A stretch of 64,000 nucleotides of DNA from assembly GCA_029780115.1 (NCBI GenBank), contig JAKOZG010000004.1:248607-312606 (forward strand). Reading direction: 5' to 3'. Shown in pieces: positions 18,975 through 29,566 of the stretch. The stretch is from Thermotogota bacterium. GTDB lineage: Bacteria; Thermotogota; Thermotogae; Petrotogales; Petrotogaceae. The first letter of the stretch is position 1. The number at the start of each line of letters is the position of its first letter. Both the position numbers and the translations under genes were made by a program. The notes below the pieces were generated by a model. That model saw nothing but the letters and a program-made list of their open reading frames with translations, had not been told where the DNA came from and did not search any database.

Positions 18975-19552
18975 AAGAGTATGTATTTGCAGTACCTACA
19001 AATTTAGTTAATCAAATAATTATTACAAATACGAATTTCATTAAATTGAAATTTTCCGAATTTTCAAAGATCATAGAATATGGAGATTTTTTTGAAAGAA
19101 ATAAGATAGAAAATGACTCATCTTTTAAACAAATAATCCCATATACAGTTTTTAAAAATAGAGATAGCAAATATTTGGTATTAAAGAGAACCGAAAAACA
19201 AGGAGAAAAAAGGCTCCATAACATGATTTCTTTGGGCATCGGCGGTCATATAAACGAAAAAGATAAAGGGTTTTCAAAAGAACAAACATTTTTTAATGGA
19301 ATGGAAAGAGAAATAAACGAAGAAATATGGCTTTCTAATCCAGCAAAATATGTTTACAGAGGAATCATACGAGATAATTCTGAAGATGTTTCTAATGTAC
19401 ATTTAGGAATCCTTTTTGAAGGTTACGTGAAACATGCTGAAATAAAGGAAGTAGACAACTTTCACAGTGCTTGGCTCACAAAAAGTGAAATAGAAAAGTT
19501 AAAAGACGCAAAATTAGAAACTTGGGCTAAAATTGCTTTAGAAAATATATAA
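18971..19552 (+). CDS. Nudix hydrolase. The start overlaps the hslV stop (ATGA).
   Basis: Nudix-box-like [33 protein letters not shown]. Translational coupling to hslV. Confidence 0.6.
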   Translation: MKEYVFAVPTNLVNQIIITNTNFIKLKFSEFSKIIEYGDFFERNKIENDSSFKQIIPYTVFKNRDSKYLVLKRTEKQGEKRLHNMISLGIGGHINEKDKGFSKEQTFFNGMEREINEEIWLSNPAKYVYRGIIRDNSEDVSNVHLGILFEGYVKHAEIKEVDNFHSAWLTKSEIEKLKDAKLETWAKIALENI

Positions 19553-19554
19553 TT

Positions 19555-19592
19555 CATCCCCTTTTTATGCTGAAGGGGATGTTTTTATTTTT
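19555..19592 (+). terminator. Intrinsic terminator (CATCCCCTT-loop-AAGGGGATG followed by TTTTTATTTTTATT).
   Basis: 9-bp GC-rich stem plus T-run immediately after the Nudix stop. Confidence 0.7.
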
Positions 19593-19622
19593 ATTGAATA
19601 ATTTTTATTTATGTAATAATTT

Positions 19623-20600
19623 TTACCCATTTTTCCCTACTTTTATTCTAGGATCTAAAAACCCATATATTAAGTCCAATAATATCATACCCACTATGTA
19701 TATTAGAGTGGTTATTGAGAGATTACCTAGAAGTACTGGTATATCGTTTTGTTGTACTGCAGCCCAATACAAAGTTCCCATGCCCGGCCAACTAAATATA
19801 CCTTCAAATATCAATGCACCAGAAAAAGAATTTAACAAAGATAAAACAGACATTGTTAATAAAGGGGGAGCGGAAGTTCTTAATGCATGTCCATATAAAA
19901 CGGATTTTTCAGGTATTCCACGAGCTCTAGCTGACATTATATAATCTTCTTGTAAATTCACTAAAACTATATTCCTTGTCAAATAAGCTCTTCCCCAGAA
20001 ACGTATAAGAACGAGTGTCATTACAGGTAAAAACATGTGGTACAACACATCCCCAACCCTTTTTAAAAAGGTTTCTGGAGGAGGAACACTGAGTATTCCA
20101 CTAGAGGGGAAAAAAGGAAAAATGAATGCGAAAAGCATGATCATAACTAATCCAACCCACCATGTAGGGAGCCCATAGCATACCATAGTGATTATTGAAG
20201 TTGTCTTATCCATGTATCCTCCAACTTTTTGTGCTTTTCTTATTCCTAACCGTATTCCAAGAAAAATATCTATAATTGTGGCCAAAGTAAAGAGAAGCAA
20301 AGTGTTTGGGACCCTTTCTAATACTATTTTAAAAACATCAGTTTCCCCTTTAAAAGACCGAATCACCATAGATTGTCCGTAATTAAAGGTTAGGGTATCA
20401 ATCCATCTAGAAAAAATCATGGGAATTATTGGTTCTTTTAAAAGATATATGTTACTCACTGCAAACATTATGTTAAAAAGAACCGAATATATAAAAATAA
20501 TTACAACATAAATTACAATTCCCATCAATATTCTTTTAAAAGCATATCTACAATACATTAAATTAACCACCTTCATATGGTTTAATACTACAAAATACAA
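19623..20600 (-). CDS. Orphan oligopeptide/oligosaccharide ABC permease, OppB-like paralog. Downstream of the opp operon terminator.
   Basis: About 80% identical to the OppB at 24098-25159, but lacks that protein's periplasmic loop of about 45 aa. The 5' coding DNA is also similar (ctacttttattctaggatc in both). Confidence 0.8.
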   Translation of the reverse strand: MYFVVLNHMKVVNLMYCRYAFKRILMGIVIYVVIIFIYSVLFNIMFAVSNIYLLKEPIIPMIFSRWIDTLTFNYGQSMVIRSFKGETDVFKIVLERVPNTLLLFTLATIIDIFLGIRLGIRKAQKVGGYMDKTTSIITMVCYGLPTWWVGLVMIMLFAFIFPFFPSSGILSVPPPETFLKRVGDVLYHMFLPVMTLVLIRFWGRAYLTRNIVLVNLQEDYIMSARARGIPEKSVLYGHALRTSAPPLLTMSVLSLLNSFSGALIFEGIFSWPGMGTLYWAAVQQNDIPVLLGNLSITTLIYIVGMILLDLIYGFLDPRIKVGKNG

Positions 20601-20655
20601 TAATAAGTTATTTTTTATGTCTCAAAAATGAGATAAGGATAACAACAAATTATTT

Positions 20656-20684
20656 TAAAAACCCCACAAAAGTGGGGTTTTTAT
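20656..20684. terminator. Bidirectional intrinsic terminator (AAACCCCAC-AAAA-GTGGGGTTT) between oppF and the orphan oppB paralog.
   Basis: 8-9-bp perfect stem. T-run on both strands. Confidence 0.65.
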
Positions 20685-20701
20685 TTAATATTTTGTACTT
20701 T

Positions 20702-21742
20702 CTAATTTATTTCTTTGTGTAGATAACAAGCCACATAGTGCCCGTCATTTGAATTTTCTTCAAGTTCTGGGTCATTATCACTTTCATAACAAATTGGTTT
20801 GGCGTACAAACATCTTGTATGGAATCTGCATCCTTGAGGTATATTAGAGGCTGATGGGATTTCTCCTTTAATAGGAATATCTTTAATAATATTTTCTTTA
20901 CCAGCGATTGGTTCAGGAACAGCAGCTATTAGGGCTTTTGTATACGGATGTAAAGGATTTTCTATAATTTCGTCAGAAGTACCTAATTCCACAATTCTTC
21001 CAAGATACATTACAGCAATTCTGTCACAAAAGTATCTCGCAGTAGAGAGATCATGAGTAATATAGAGATAAGTTAAATTCAATCTCTCTTGAACTTCTTT
21101 CATCATGTGCAAAATTTCTGCTCTTGTAGAAAGATCGATCATAGAAACGGGTTCGTCAGCTATAATTAGATCTGGAGAAAGCACTAAAGTTCTCGCGGTA
21201 GCTACTCTCTGCCTTTGGCCACCGCTTAACATATGTGGAAACCTATCTAAAAACTCGTCTGGAGGAGTCAATTTAACTTCTTCGAGAGCTTTTACAGCTA
21301 ATTGTTCCATTTCCGCGTGATTTTTGGTTTTTTCATGAATAATTAAAGGTTCGTACAATACGTCCCTAACCCTAAATCGTGGATTCATTGATGCATATGG
21401 ATCTTGAAAAACCATCTGGACATCTTCTTTATATTTCTTTATATCTTTGGCGGAAGATAAAGAAGAAATATCAACCCCCTTGAAGATAATCTGTCCCGCG
21501 GTTAGTTCTTCTAATTTCATAATTAAACGGCCAGTCGTAGTTTTTCCACATCCCGACTCACCAATGAGCGCAAAAATTTCTCCTTTTTTAATGTCAAAAC
21601 TTATGCCATCTACAGCTTTCACCCATTTTCTTTTGCCTTTAAAAACTTCTGCAATGCTTCTTCTTAGAGGAAACCATTTTTTTAAATTTTTTACACTTAA
21701 AATTATTTCATCATTCATCGTAACACCTCCAACATGCAACAA
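20702..21742 (-). CDS. oppF: Oligopeptide-type ABC transporter ATP-binding protein with C-terminal oligopeptide domain.
   Basis: Walker A GESGCGKTT. ABC signature LSGGQRQRV. Walker B IIADEP. Confidence 0.85.
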   Translation of the reverse strand: MLHVGGVTMNDEIILSVKNLKKWFPLRRSIAEVFKGKRKWVKAVDGISFDIKKGEIFALIGESGCGKTTTGRLIMKLEELTAGQIIFKGVDISSLSSAKDIKKYKEDVQMVFQDPYASMNPRFRVRDVLYEPLIIHEKTKNHAEMEQLAVKALEEVKLTPPDEFLDRFPHMLSGGQRQRVATARTLVLSPDLIIADEPVSMIDLSTRAEILHMMKEVQERLNLTYLYITHDLSTARYFCDRIAVMYLGRIVELGTSDEIIENPLHPYTKALIAAVPEPIAGKENIIKDIPIKGEIPSASNIPQGCRFHTRCLYAKPICYESDNDPELEENSNDGHYVACYLHKEIN

Positions 21743-22682
21743 AATGCTCCGGTTCGATTTCTCTTAAAGGAGGTTCATTTAAACTACATTTATCAAAAAC
21801 AACGGGACAACGTTCATGGAACCTGCATCCAGTTGGAGGATTTAGAAGATCGGGAGGAGTACCAGGTATAAATGCTAATTCTTCTACTTTTTCTCGTAGC
21901 TTTGGAGTAGCTCCTAAAAGGCCTTTTGTGTATGGATGAGAAGGTCCTTGCCGACCATATATTTGACTATTGGTTCCGATTTCTGCTATTTTACCAGCAT
22001 ACATCACCATTATTCTATCTGCAACTTCTGCTTCTGTTGCTAAATCATGTGTGATAAATATAAAAGAAAGGTTTAGTTCATGTTTTAATTTTTTTAGCAA
22101 ATTTATTATTTGTGCTTGAACTACAACGTCCAAAGCTGTTGTGGGTTCGTCTGCGACGATAATTTTTGGTTCAAGAAAAAGAGCTGTAGCTATAACAACC
22201 CTTTGTTTCATTCCTCCAGAAAGTTCATGAGGATATCTTCTTAAGACATCATCAGACAAACCAACATAATTTAAATATTTTTTAATTATTTCAAGAGCTT
22301 GTTCTTCTTCCATTTCACGATGATTTAAGAGAGTTTCTAACATTTGCTTTTTTATGCTATATACTGGAGTTAAGCTATTCATAGCACCTTGAAATATCAT
22401 GGATATTTTCGACCATCTAATTCTTTTACGTAACTCATTTTCATCTAAAGGAACAATATTTTCATTATCTATTATAATTTCTCCATCTACTATTCTCCCC
22501 GGAGGGCTAGGCATTCTTAAAAGGCCCATGCCTAAGGTGGTTTTTCCACATCCCGACTCACCAACTAAACCAAGTGTTTCTCCTTCTTTTAGAGTAAAGC
22601 TCACATCATCCAAAGCTTTGACAACACCTTTACGCGTATAATAGTATATTTTTAAATTATTAACAGCTAAAACATCGCTCAT
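21711..22682 (-). CDS. oppD: Oligopeptide-type ABC transporter ATP-binding protein.
   Basis: Walker A GESGCGKTT. Signature LSGGMKQRV. Walker B VADEPTTALD. Confidence 0.85.
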   Translation of the reverse strand: MSDVLAVNNLKIYYYTRKGVVKALDDVSFTLKEGETLGLVGESGCGKTTLGMGLLRMPSPPGRIVDGEIIIDNENIVPLDENELRKRIRWSKISMIFQGAMNSLTPVYSIKKQMLETLLNHREMEEEQALEIIKKYLNYVGLSDDVLRRYPHELSGGMKQRVVIATALFLEPKIIVADEPTTALDVVVQAQIINLLKKLKHELNLSFIFITHDLATEAEVADRIMVMYAGKIAEIGTNSQIYGRQGPSHPYTKGLLGATPKLREKVEELAFIPGTPPDLLNPPTGCRFHERCPVVFDKCSLNEPPLREIEPEHFVACWRCYDE

Positions 22683-22688
22683 TTTTAT

Positions 22689-24101
22689 CTACCTCGTTCT
22701 TAGTTTTGGATTTAGGATTGTGTCCATTGCAAAACCAATAAATGCAAAAGTCATTCCTATAAGGGCTATGGCAATACCTGGTGGAACTACCCACCACCAC
22801 AGTCCATTTGTAACGGCTCCTCCGTTCATTGCGTCATGAAGGATTTGGCCCCATGTTACTATAGTAGCATCGCCCAAACCAAGCAAACTTACCGATGCTT
22901 CATAAAGTATAGCACTTGGTACATTTAACGCCATACTAGCAAATGAGTATGGGATTAAAATAGGTACCATATGCTTAAAAATTATTCGGGCATGTGATGC
23001 ACCCAAAGCCTTAGCAGCTTCTACATACGTTTCTTCTTTTATTTGCAAAGCCATGCTTCTTACAGTCTTTACAGGACCTACCCAAAAAAACAAACACATC
23101 ATAATTATTAGTGACCAAATGCTAGGTTTAAATATAGCAGCCAAAACTATTAAAACTGGGAGTAAAGGAATATTTGCAAAAATTTCCCAAATTCTTTGCA
23201 TTACGGAATCGACAATTCCTCCATAATAAGCGGAAACAACACCATAAATGACCCCTACTGTAACAGAAATAGCAGAAGTCAGGAGTCCGATAAAAAGAGC
23301 CCATTTAGTGCCAGCTATTAAACCACTCCAAATATCTCTTTTTGCGTTATCTGTACCTAAGATACCTGACACTGCGCCAGACAAGACTAGTTTTGGTTCC
23401 TCAATAATTGTATCTGCAGAGGTTTTTATTATGTTAACTTTAAATTTATACGTGCCCTTCAAAGGTTGAGGGTTTGAGAGAATTGTCTCATTTGCTTGAG
23501 CAAAAAGCACGTTATTTACTTTTACGCTTTGAACTGAGGAATTCTGGTATTTTTTAGCAAAGCTTTGAACAGGATTTTTTGCTTCAGTACCAATCGCGAC
23601 TCTAAAATCTTTCCATGATGGAGAACTAAAATTTTTGTTTACTAAATTTAAAACATTACCATCAGGTCGTTCTAAAACGATGTTTAAAGTAAAAGATCCT
23701 TTATATCTTCCTCTATAAATCAAATCTATAGGTGGAACATCATAACGATAATCATATTCTATTACAGATGTCATCAAAGTCATAGTAGGAGACATTATAT
23801 TTTCTTCAAAATTTATATCATCTATGTAGGTAGTAGGGGTATAATCTTTTTTACTAAACCAGTTAATCCACGCTGGAGGCGCATTTCTGGGATTATCTTC
23901 CCAGTAGGTTATATCTCTCCATCGTGTAGAAGCTTCTGGAAAAGGAATCAAAAAACTTTCAAATATCGTTACTAAAATTGCAATCACGAGAAAAATTATT
24001 CCTATAATCCCAAATTTAATTTGTTTAAATTCATTCCAGAAATCAACTAGCTGCATTTTTAGTCTACTGGATGATTTTTTAGGTTTTTTTTCAGCACTCA
24101 C
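22689..24101 (-). CDS. oppC: ABC permease, OppC-type, with a long N-terminal extracytoplasmic extension.
   Basis: BPD-transporter EAA-like region ARAIGASHARIIFKH. Multiple TM helices. Overlaps oppB by 4 nt. Confidence 0.85.
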   Translation of the reverse strand: MSAEKKPKKSSSRLKMQLVDFWNEFKQIKFGIIGIIFLVIAILVTIFESFLIPFPEASTRWRDITYWEDNPRNAPPAWINWFSKKDYTPTTYIDDINFEENIMSPTMTLMTSVIEYDYRYDVPPIDLIYRGRYKGSFTLNIVLERPDGNVLNLVNKNFSSPSWKDFRVAIGTEAKNPVQSFAKKYQNSSVQSVKVNNVLFAQANETILSNPQPLKGTYKFKVNIIKTSADTIIEEPKLVLSGAVSGILGTDNAKRDIWSGLIAGTKWALFIGLLTSAISVTVGVIYGVVSAYYGGIVDSVMQRIWEIFANIPLLPVLIVLAAIFKPSIWSLIIMMCLFFWVGPVKTVRSMALQIKEETYVEAAKALGASHARIIFKHMVPILIPYSFASMALNVPSAILYEASVSLLGLGDATIVTWGQILHDAMNGGAVTNGLWWWVVPPGIAIALIGMTFAFIGFAMDTILNPKLRTR

Positions 24102-25159
24102 GCTTTCCCACCTACTTTTATTCTAGGATCCAGGAATCCATAGATTAAATCTAAAACCACAATACCCGCAATATATATTAGGGTAGTTATTGAAAGGTTG
24201 CCTAAAAGTACGGGTATATCATTTTGCTGTACAGCGGCCCAATATAAGTTTCCCATGCCTGGCCAACTAAATATACCCTCAAAAATGAGCGCTCCTGAAA
24301 AAGAGCCTAACAAGGATAAAAGCGACATTGTTAAAATTGGAGGAGCAGACGTTCTTAAAGCATGCCCATATAAAACAGACCTTTCAGGTAACCCACGAGC
24401 TCTTGCAGACATAATAAAATCTTCTTGTAAATTTCCTAAAACTATGTTTCTTGTCAAATAAGCTCGTCCCCAAAATCCAATAAAAACAAGCGTGATTACT
24501 GGTAAAGCCATGTGATACAGTAAATCAACAAATTTTGCAAAAAAAGTTTCAGGTGGTGGAACGCTACTTAAGCCTCCAGAAGGAAATATGGGTATAGAGA
24601 AGGCGAAAAGCATTATCATAACCATTCCAAACCACCACGACGGCAATCCATAAACCGCCATAGTTGCTATTGAAGTGGTTTTGTCCATAATGCCACCAGC
24701 TTTTTGAGCTTTTTTAATTCCTAACCAAACTCCTAATAATATATCTAAAATTATAGATGTTGTAAATAGGATCAACGTGTTAGGTATTCTTTCAACAACA
24801 ATCTTTATAACATCGGTTTCTCCTTTAAAAGATCTCATGATAGTTGATTTGCCGTAATTAAAGGTTAAAGTATCTATAGCTCTCCAGAAAACTCTCGAAA
24901 GTAAAGGGTCGTCAAGGTGATATAAATCCCTAAGTTCTCTAATTCTTCTTTCTCTGTATTCTAATAAATATTGAGGGTCCGTTCCAACTTGAGACATCTT
25001 TAACATTTCTCCATTGACTTGTTCAATTATTTGTCCATTTAGTGTTTCTTCCATTACAGTATTGAAAAGGAAGGAATAAATAAAAATGATTATTACATAA
25101 ATAATAATACCCATAAGGATCCTTCTTATAGCATATCTCCAATACATAAAATCGATCAC
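24098..25159 (-). CDS. oppB: ABC permease, OppB-type.
   Basis: Conserved IMSARARGLPERSV...RTSAPP EAA loop. N-terminal TM and large periplasmic loop. Confidence 0.85.
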   Translation of the reverse strand: MIDFMYWRYAIRRILMGIIIYVIIIFIYSFLFNTVMEETLNGQIIEQVNGEMLKMSQVGTDPQYLLEYRERRIRELRDLYHLDDPLLSRVFWRAIDTLTFNYGKSTIMRSFKGETDVIKIVVERIPNTLILFTTSIILDILLGVWLGIKKAQKAGGIMDKTTSIATMAVYGLPSWWFGMVMIMLFAFSIPIFPSGGLSSVPPPETFFAKFVDLLYHMALPVITLVFIGFWGRAYLTRNIVLGNLQEDFIMSARARGLPERSVLYGHALRTSAPPILTMSLLSLLGSFSGALIFEGIFSWPGMGNLYWAAVQQNDIPVLLGNLSITTLIYIAGIVVLDLIYGFLDPRIKVGGKA

Positions 25160-25262
25160 CTCTTATCAATTACGAGCTCTTTAAAAACAGGCTTCCCCTT
25201 ATCGGGGAGCCTGTGAAAAAAGAATTATTAAATTGAACTCACTTTAATTACTTCTCTTAATA

Positions 25263-27770
25263 CTAGTAAACAATTATTGTAGTTGAATAGGTTGATGGGA
25301 TAGCCCCTTCTGATTTAGCTGCCACTGCCACTGAATATGTGCCTGGTTCTAATTTTGCAAGGACACTACCAGGTATAATTGCCACAAATCTACCTGGAGA
25401 TTCAACTTCTGCTTTGAATGTCATTGTCGCTTCACCCGGTATTATTAATGAAACTTCAACGTCACCCTCGGAAGCGGGTGTGAATGTATCATAAGGATAA
25501 AGAACTTCTGACACATTAATATATACAGGAAGGTCTAAACCACCCATTGCTGCAAACGCAAGATCCACACTATCAACATTCAATCTTACTGTTTCAAAGA
25601 ATGTGTTCCAATAGCCCCTTTCGAAAGGATATCTCTCATCTCTTACAGCGGTTAATTCCACATAACGAGCAACCGGATCATATTTTGACATGTAGAATGG
25701 TCCACTTCCAATATAAGCATGACCATATTTGTTAACAAAATCAAGCGCAGTTTGATATCTCTGTACAGCTTCTTCTGGAGTTACAAGGTCTTTAATATAG
25801 ACAGGAACGTATTTTTCGTTAATCATCTTTTGAAGTTCAGCTTTTATATCTCCAACACATACGGGTTCAATAACATCGACTTCATAGACATTTCCCTTAA
25901 CAGCAGTAGCTGAGAACGTGTACTCTCTTCCCGAAACTCCTCCATGCTCGACTAACCTAGTTAGAGCTTCGACGATCTCCCAAGATACTCCTATAGGTTG
26001 CCCTGATTGAGAAACTGACCAACCTGGTGCTCCCCAAGATGCTAGATACATTTCATCAACAGGGAAGTTATAGTTAAACCAAACAGTTATAGAACCATCT
26101 GGATTAACTTTTCTAGCAACTTCTACCTCTAAACCTGGTTTTGCAGAAGCTGAATAAGTAGGATCATATCTGGTATCTCCAGAACCAGAATCTACTGATA
26201 AATCCCAGGCGTAAGCGGGAGCATACATATAATCGGTTAAGCTTATTGAGATTCCATGATTCCAAACGCTATGTATTAAATCATACGTACATACACTTAT
26301 AGATTTTTTCCCAGGACCAACAGGGACCCATTTTTTTGTATCAAGATCAACTTTTATGGCATCTTCGGGTACTTCAATTAAACCAACAAGTTCACCGTTT
26401 TCATCTACGTCAAATTTTGTCTCTAAAGTTTCAAGTCTTGGTATTACAGTCGCTGGTATAATATCAGCCGATGCCGGACTTTCAAACATTCCACGTTCAT
26501 ACATCGGTGCAGCAATATTGATAGAGAAAACATCATTGAATCCACTCGTTCCTACAGGATCCCATGCACTCATAAATAGAGCACCTAACGCAGAATGTTG
26601 AGTAACTCTTAGTATTCTATCCTTTGTATCTGCTGTAAGTATAGACCATTCATTTAAGCCATCTCCTAAGCCATACACCATTCTTCTATTGAAGCGATCT
26701 TTGTTGGCTAGGAAGAATTGATCTTGATATGAAATGTAAATTCTTACAGCATCTTCTAATCCAAGTTCTGTAGCTCTTAGAATAGCATCCCAGTATTCTT
26801 CTTCTGTTTTAAATTGTCCCGTGTAAACCTTTTGAGTAAGATAATCGATTTCGTCTTGTACATAATTCCAGTGGGTTGGTTCCTGACCACCAGGCATGTT
26901 AGCATACCAAGGTGCATACATTTGACAAACAATATGATGCCAATACTTTCTAGTGGCTCCTGCGCCCCATCCTTCAGTGTAGATATGCCATTCAAGATCG
27001 GCAGGATTTGAATAATAAGCGATCTGTATTGCAGTTCTATCTCTTTCTAATCTATCTACTTTTATTCCAGCTTTTTCTATCTGATCTGCAATGTATCTTC
27101 CAGCTTTAAGCCTTCCTTCAGGGTCATCTACACGAATCAAGAACTTTAATGTGACTGGTTCTCCGTCAAAGGTCCACCATTGACCACTCTTAACCAATCT
27201 ACCCTTGTTTTCTGGAAGATTAGCTGCTTCGTTCATAGCTTTTTCGATCATTTCGAGGGCTAAATCCTCGTTTCCTTCAGGTGTAAAACCCATTTTTGCG
27301 GCCAGCTGAACATATGGTTCAGTGCCTGGTTGCCCTGGAGTAGCCATTACATGCATTACTCCTCCGGCACCTTGTTGAATTTCATCAACAATGTATTGTT
27401 TGTTTATTAGAAAGTTCATTGCAAATCTAACTTCTCGAATTGCCAAAGGATTGAAGTATTCTTTACCTCCAACGTTTACTGTATATGGTGCCTCATTTGG
27501 AACTGGATTAAATAGCAAGGACCAAGAACCGGATGGAATCGAGTAAACATCTAGTTTGTCTAGAGTGGATTTTGGCAAGGAATAAACTAGGGGTGCATCT
27601 ACCGAGGTAAGGAATACATCGACGTTACCAGCTGCGACATCTTGGATAGCAATATCTTCTTGCATTCTTACATCAAAATATACCTTATCTGGCATAGGCC
27701 CCTTCTCTGCAAAAATTAAAGCAGAGAGCACACACATCAACACGACTAGCACAGTATTCACTTTTTTCAT
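25263..27770 (-). CDS. oppA: Extracellular solute-binding protein family 5 (Opp-type). It is unusually long at 835 aa, so it may be an oligosaccharide-binding protein.
   Basis: Signal peptide MKKVNTVLVVLMCVLSALIFA. Cluster-5 SBP-like sequence. First gene of the permease/ATPase operon. Confidence 0.75.
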   Translation of the reverse strand: MKKVNTVLVVLMCVLSALIFAEKGPMPDKVYFDVRMQEDIAIQDVAAGNVDVFLTSVDAPLVYSLPKSTLDKLDVYSIPSGSWSLLFNPVPNEAPYTVNVGGKEYFNPLAIREVRFAMNFLINKQYIVDEIQQGAGGVMHVMATPGQPGTEPYVQLAAKMGFTPEGNEDLALEMIEKAMNEAANLPENKGRLVKSGQWWTFDGEPVTLKFLIRVDDPEGRLKAGRYIADQIEKAGIKVDRLERDRTAIQIAYYSNPADLEWHIYTEGWGAGATRKYWHHIVCQMYAPWYANMPGGQEPTHWNYVQDEIDYLTQKVYTGQFKTEEEYWDAILRATELGLEDAVRIYISYQDQFFLANKDRFNRRMVYGLGDGLNEWSILTADTKDRILRVTQHSALGALFMSAWDPVGTSGFNDVFSINIAAPMYERGMFESPASADIIPATVIPRLETLETKFDVDENGELVGLIEVPEDAIKVDLDTKKWVPVGPGKKSISVCTYDLIHSVWNHGISISLTDYMYAPAYAWDLSVDSGSGDTRYDPTYSASAKPGLEVEVARKVNPDGSITVWFNYNFPVDEMYLASWGAPGWSVSQSGQPIGVSWEIVEALTRLVEHGGVSGREYTFSATAVKGNVYEVDVIEPVCVGDIKAELQKMINEKYVPVYIKDLVTPEEAVQRYQTALDFVNKYGHAYIGSGPFYMSKYDPVARYVELTAVRDERYPFERGYWNTFFETVRLNVDSVDLAFAAMGGLDLPVYINVSEVLYPYDTFTPASEGDVEVSLIIPGEATMTFKAEVESPGRFVAIIPGSVLAKLEPGTYSVAVAAKSEGAIPSTYSTTIIVY

Positions 27771-28327
27771 AGAATCCCTCCTTTTAAAATTGTATTTCTT
27801 CTGTCTTTTGAAATTAACTTTTTGATATATGTAGTTATAAAGAAATTTATTTCAAAAGACTTTTTATCCCCTTTACCCAAACTTCATAGTATCCTTGGGT
27901 ATTTATGCAAAAAACTATTATAAAATTAAAACTTTCTCACAAATAATACATAGTTATTATATTATTTTATAAAATTTACTGTTCATGTAAAAATATTTAA
28001 TAAGATTAAAGAAAAAAATCTTTGATTAAAATACCTTTATTATTTTTTATATTACTAAAAAAGCTGTTTCTATTAAGACATTTTAATTTAGTTTACTTTA
28101 GATATTCACATAAACCGTTACTATTATAATACATTTTTCTTTAGGTTGTCAAGTAAATAAGTTAAATTATATAGTCATATCATTCAAAATGTCTGTAGAC
28201 TACGATATAATCCAATATTACAAGTAAAAACAGACAAATTAAAAAGCAAGTAACTAACAACTATTGGTTCTTATAAATTAAAAAAATTTTAGTTAAACTA
28301 ATTTAAGTTAAAAGGTAAAATCATTTT

Positions 28328-29566
28328 TCAAAAATATTTTTTTTGATCTTTCCATAGTTGAACTAATCTTTCCTTTATCTTTTTTTCATAGCCAACCTCT
28401 TTCGGGTAAAAAAATTGGATTTTTTCGTAATTTTCTGGCATGTAACTTTCTCTAACAAAACCTCCATAATCATGCGGATATTTATAATCAACGCCAAATC
28501 CCTGCTTTACCATTTTTTTATTGAGTGGATTAATTAATTTTTTAGGGAGTTCAAAGTTAGTTTTGTTTATGAAATCTTTAGCCTTTGAATAAGCTAAGTA
28601 AGCAGAATTGGATTTTGGGCAAGCACATAAATATAAAGTTGCTTCAGATAAGGGAAGATAACATTCTGGATAACCAATATGCTCCGTAGCTATCATTGCT
28701 GATACAGCAATGTTTAGAGCGTTTGGATCTGCAAGACCAACATCTTCTGCAGCAAGAATAACCATTCTTCTAGCTATATATAGTGGATCTTCTCCACTTT
28801 CAAGCATATAAGCAAGATACAAAATGGCAGCATCTGGATCACTTCCCCTCACACTTTTAATGTATGCAGAAATAAAACTATATTTTGCATCTTTATTATA
28901 GCTTAATTTAAAACCTGTAAAATCAGAGAGAAATTGTAGATCTATTTCGTTTATAGAAGCTTCCTTAGCAGTTTCTATTAAATTGATTATTCTTCGAAGG
29001 TCTTTTCCAGCATAATCCACAAGAGCCTTTTTTGCCTCATCGGTTATATTTATATCTTTGTAATAATCTTTAATTCTTTCAAATAACATTTCATAATCTT
29101 TTTCCGATAATTCCTGTGTTTTAAAGATTAAAACCCTAGAAAGCAATGAGGGATTTATGCTTATAGCGGGGTTTTCTGTTGTAGCTCCAATTAGAGTAAG
29201 AGCTCCTGTTTCAATACTTAATAAAAGTGTATCTTGTTCAGCTTTGTTTAATCTGTGAATTTCATCAACAAATAAAAGTTTTGGCTTAGAAAAAAGATTA
29301 TCTTCTTTTTCAATTATACTTTTAATAGTTTTCTTACCCTCTAGAGCACCTGAAATAGTATATATATCATAAAAGTCTTTAATTTCGTTTAGTAAAGCTT
29401 TAACAATGGTAGATTTACCTGTTCCGGGTTCCCCATATATGATAAAAGACCTAACTTTTTTATTTTTTACCCAGGTCTTGAGTACTTCTTTCAATTTCTC
29501 ATTTCCTAAAATTTCATCAATGTTTTTGGGGCGTATTTTTTCATACAGAGGTTCTATACCATTCAA
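28328..29566 (-). CDS. rarA: Replication-associated recombination protein A (AAA+ ATPase RarA/MgsA).
   Basis: N-terminus PLYEKIRPKNIDEILGNE. Walker A GEPGTGKST. Walker B LFVDEIHRLNKAEQD. Confidence 0.85.
   Translation of the reverse strand: MNGIEPLYEKIRPKNIDEILGNEKLKEVLKTWVKNKKVRSFIIYGEPGTGKSTIVKALLNEIKDFYDIYTISGALEGKKTIKSIIEKEDNLFSKPKLLFVDEIHRLNKAEQDTLLLSIETGALTLIGATTENPAISINPSLLSRVLIFKTQELSEKDYEMLFERIKDYYKDINITDEAKKALVDYAGKDLRRIINLIETAKEASINEIDLQFLSDFTGFKLSYNKDAKYSFISAYIKSVRGSDPDAAILYLAYMLESGEDPLYIARRMVILAAEDVGLADPNALNIAVSAMIATEHIGYPECYLPLSEATLYLCACPKSNSAYLAYSKAKDFINKTNFELPKKLINPLNKKMVKQGFGVDYKYPHDYGGFVRESYMPENYEKIQFFYPKEVGYEKKIKERLVQLWKDQKKYF

Noticed and set aside
19567-19944. 125-aa ORF on the plus strand, and the similar 87-aa ORF at 24198-24461
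   Set aside because: Both are antisense shadow ORFs inside the two oppB paralogs. Their mutual similarity only mirrors the duplication of the permease genes. No RBS is present and they have low-complexity composition.
28186-28200. GTCTGTAGAC near-palindrome in the oppA leader as a second HutC-type operator
   Set aside because: The half-site spacing differs from the perfect palindrome at 39397-39428 and it lies about 420 bp upstream of oppA. I kept it only as a weak note inside the operator finding.
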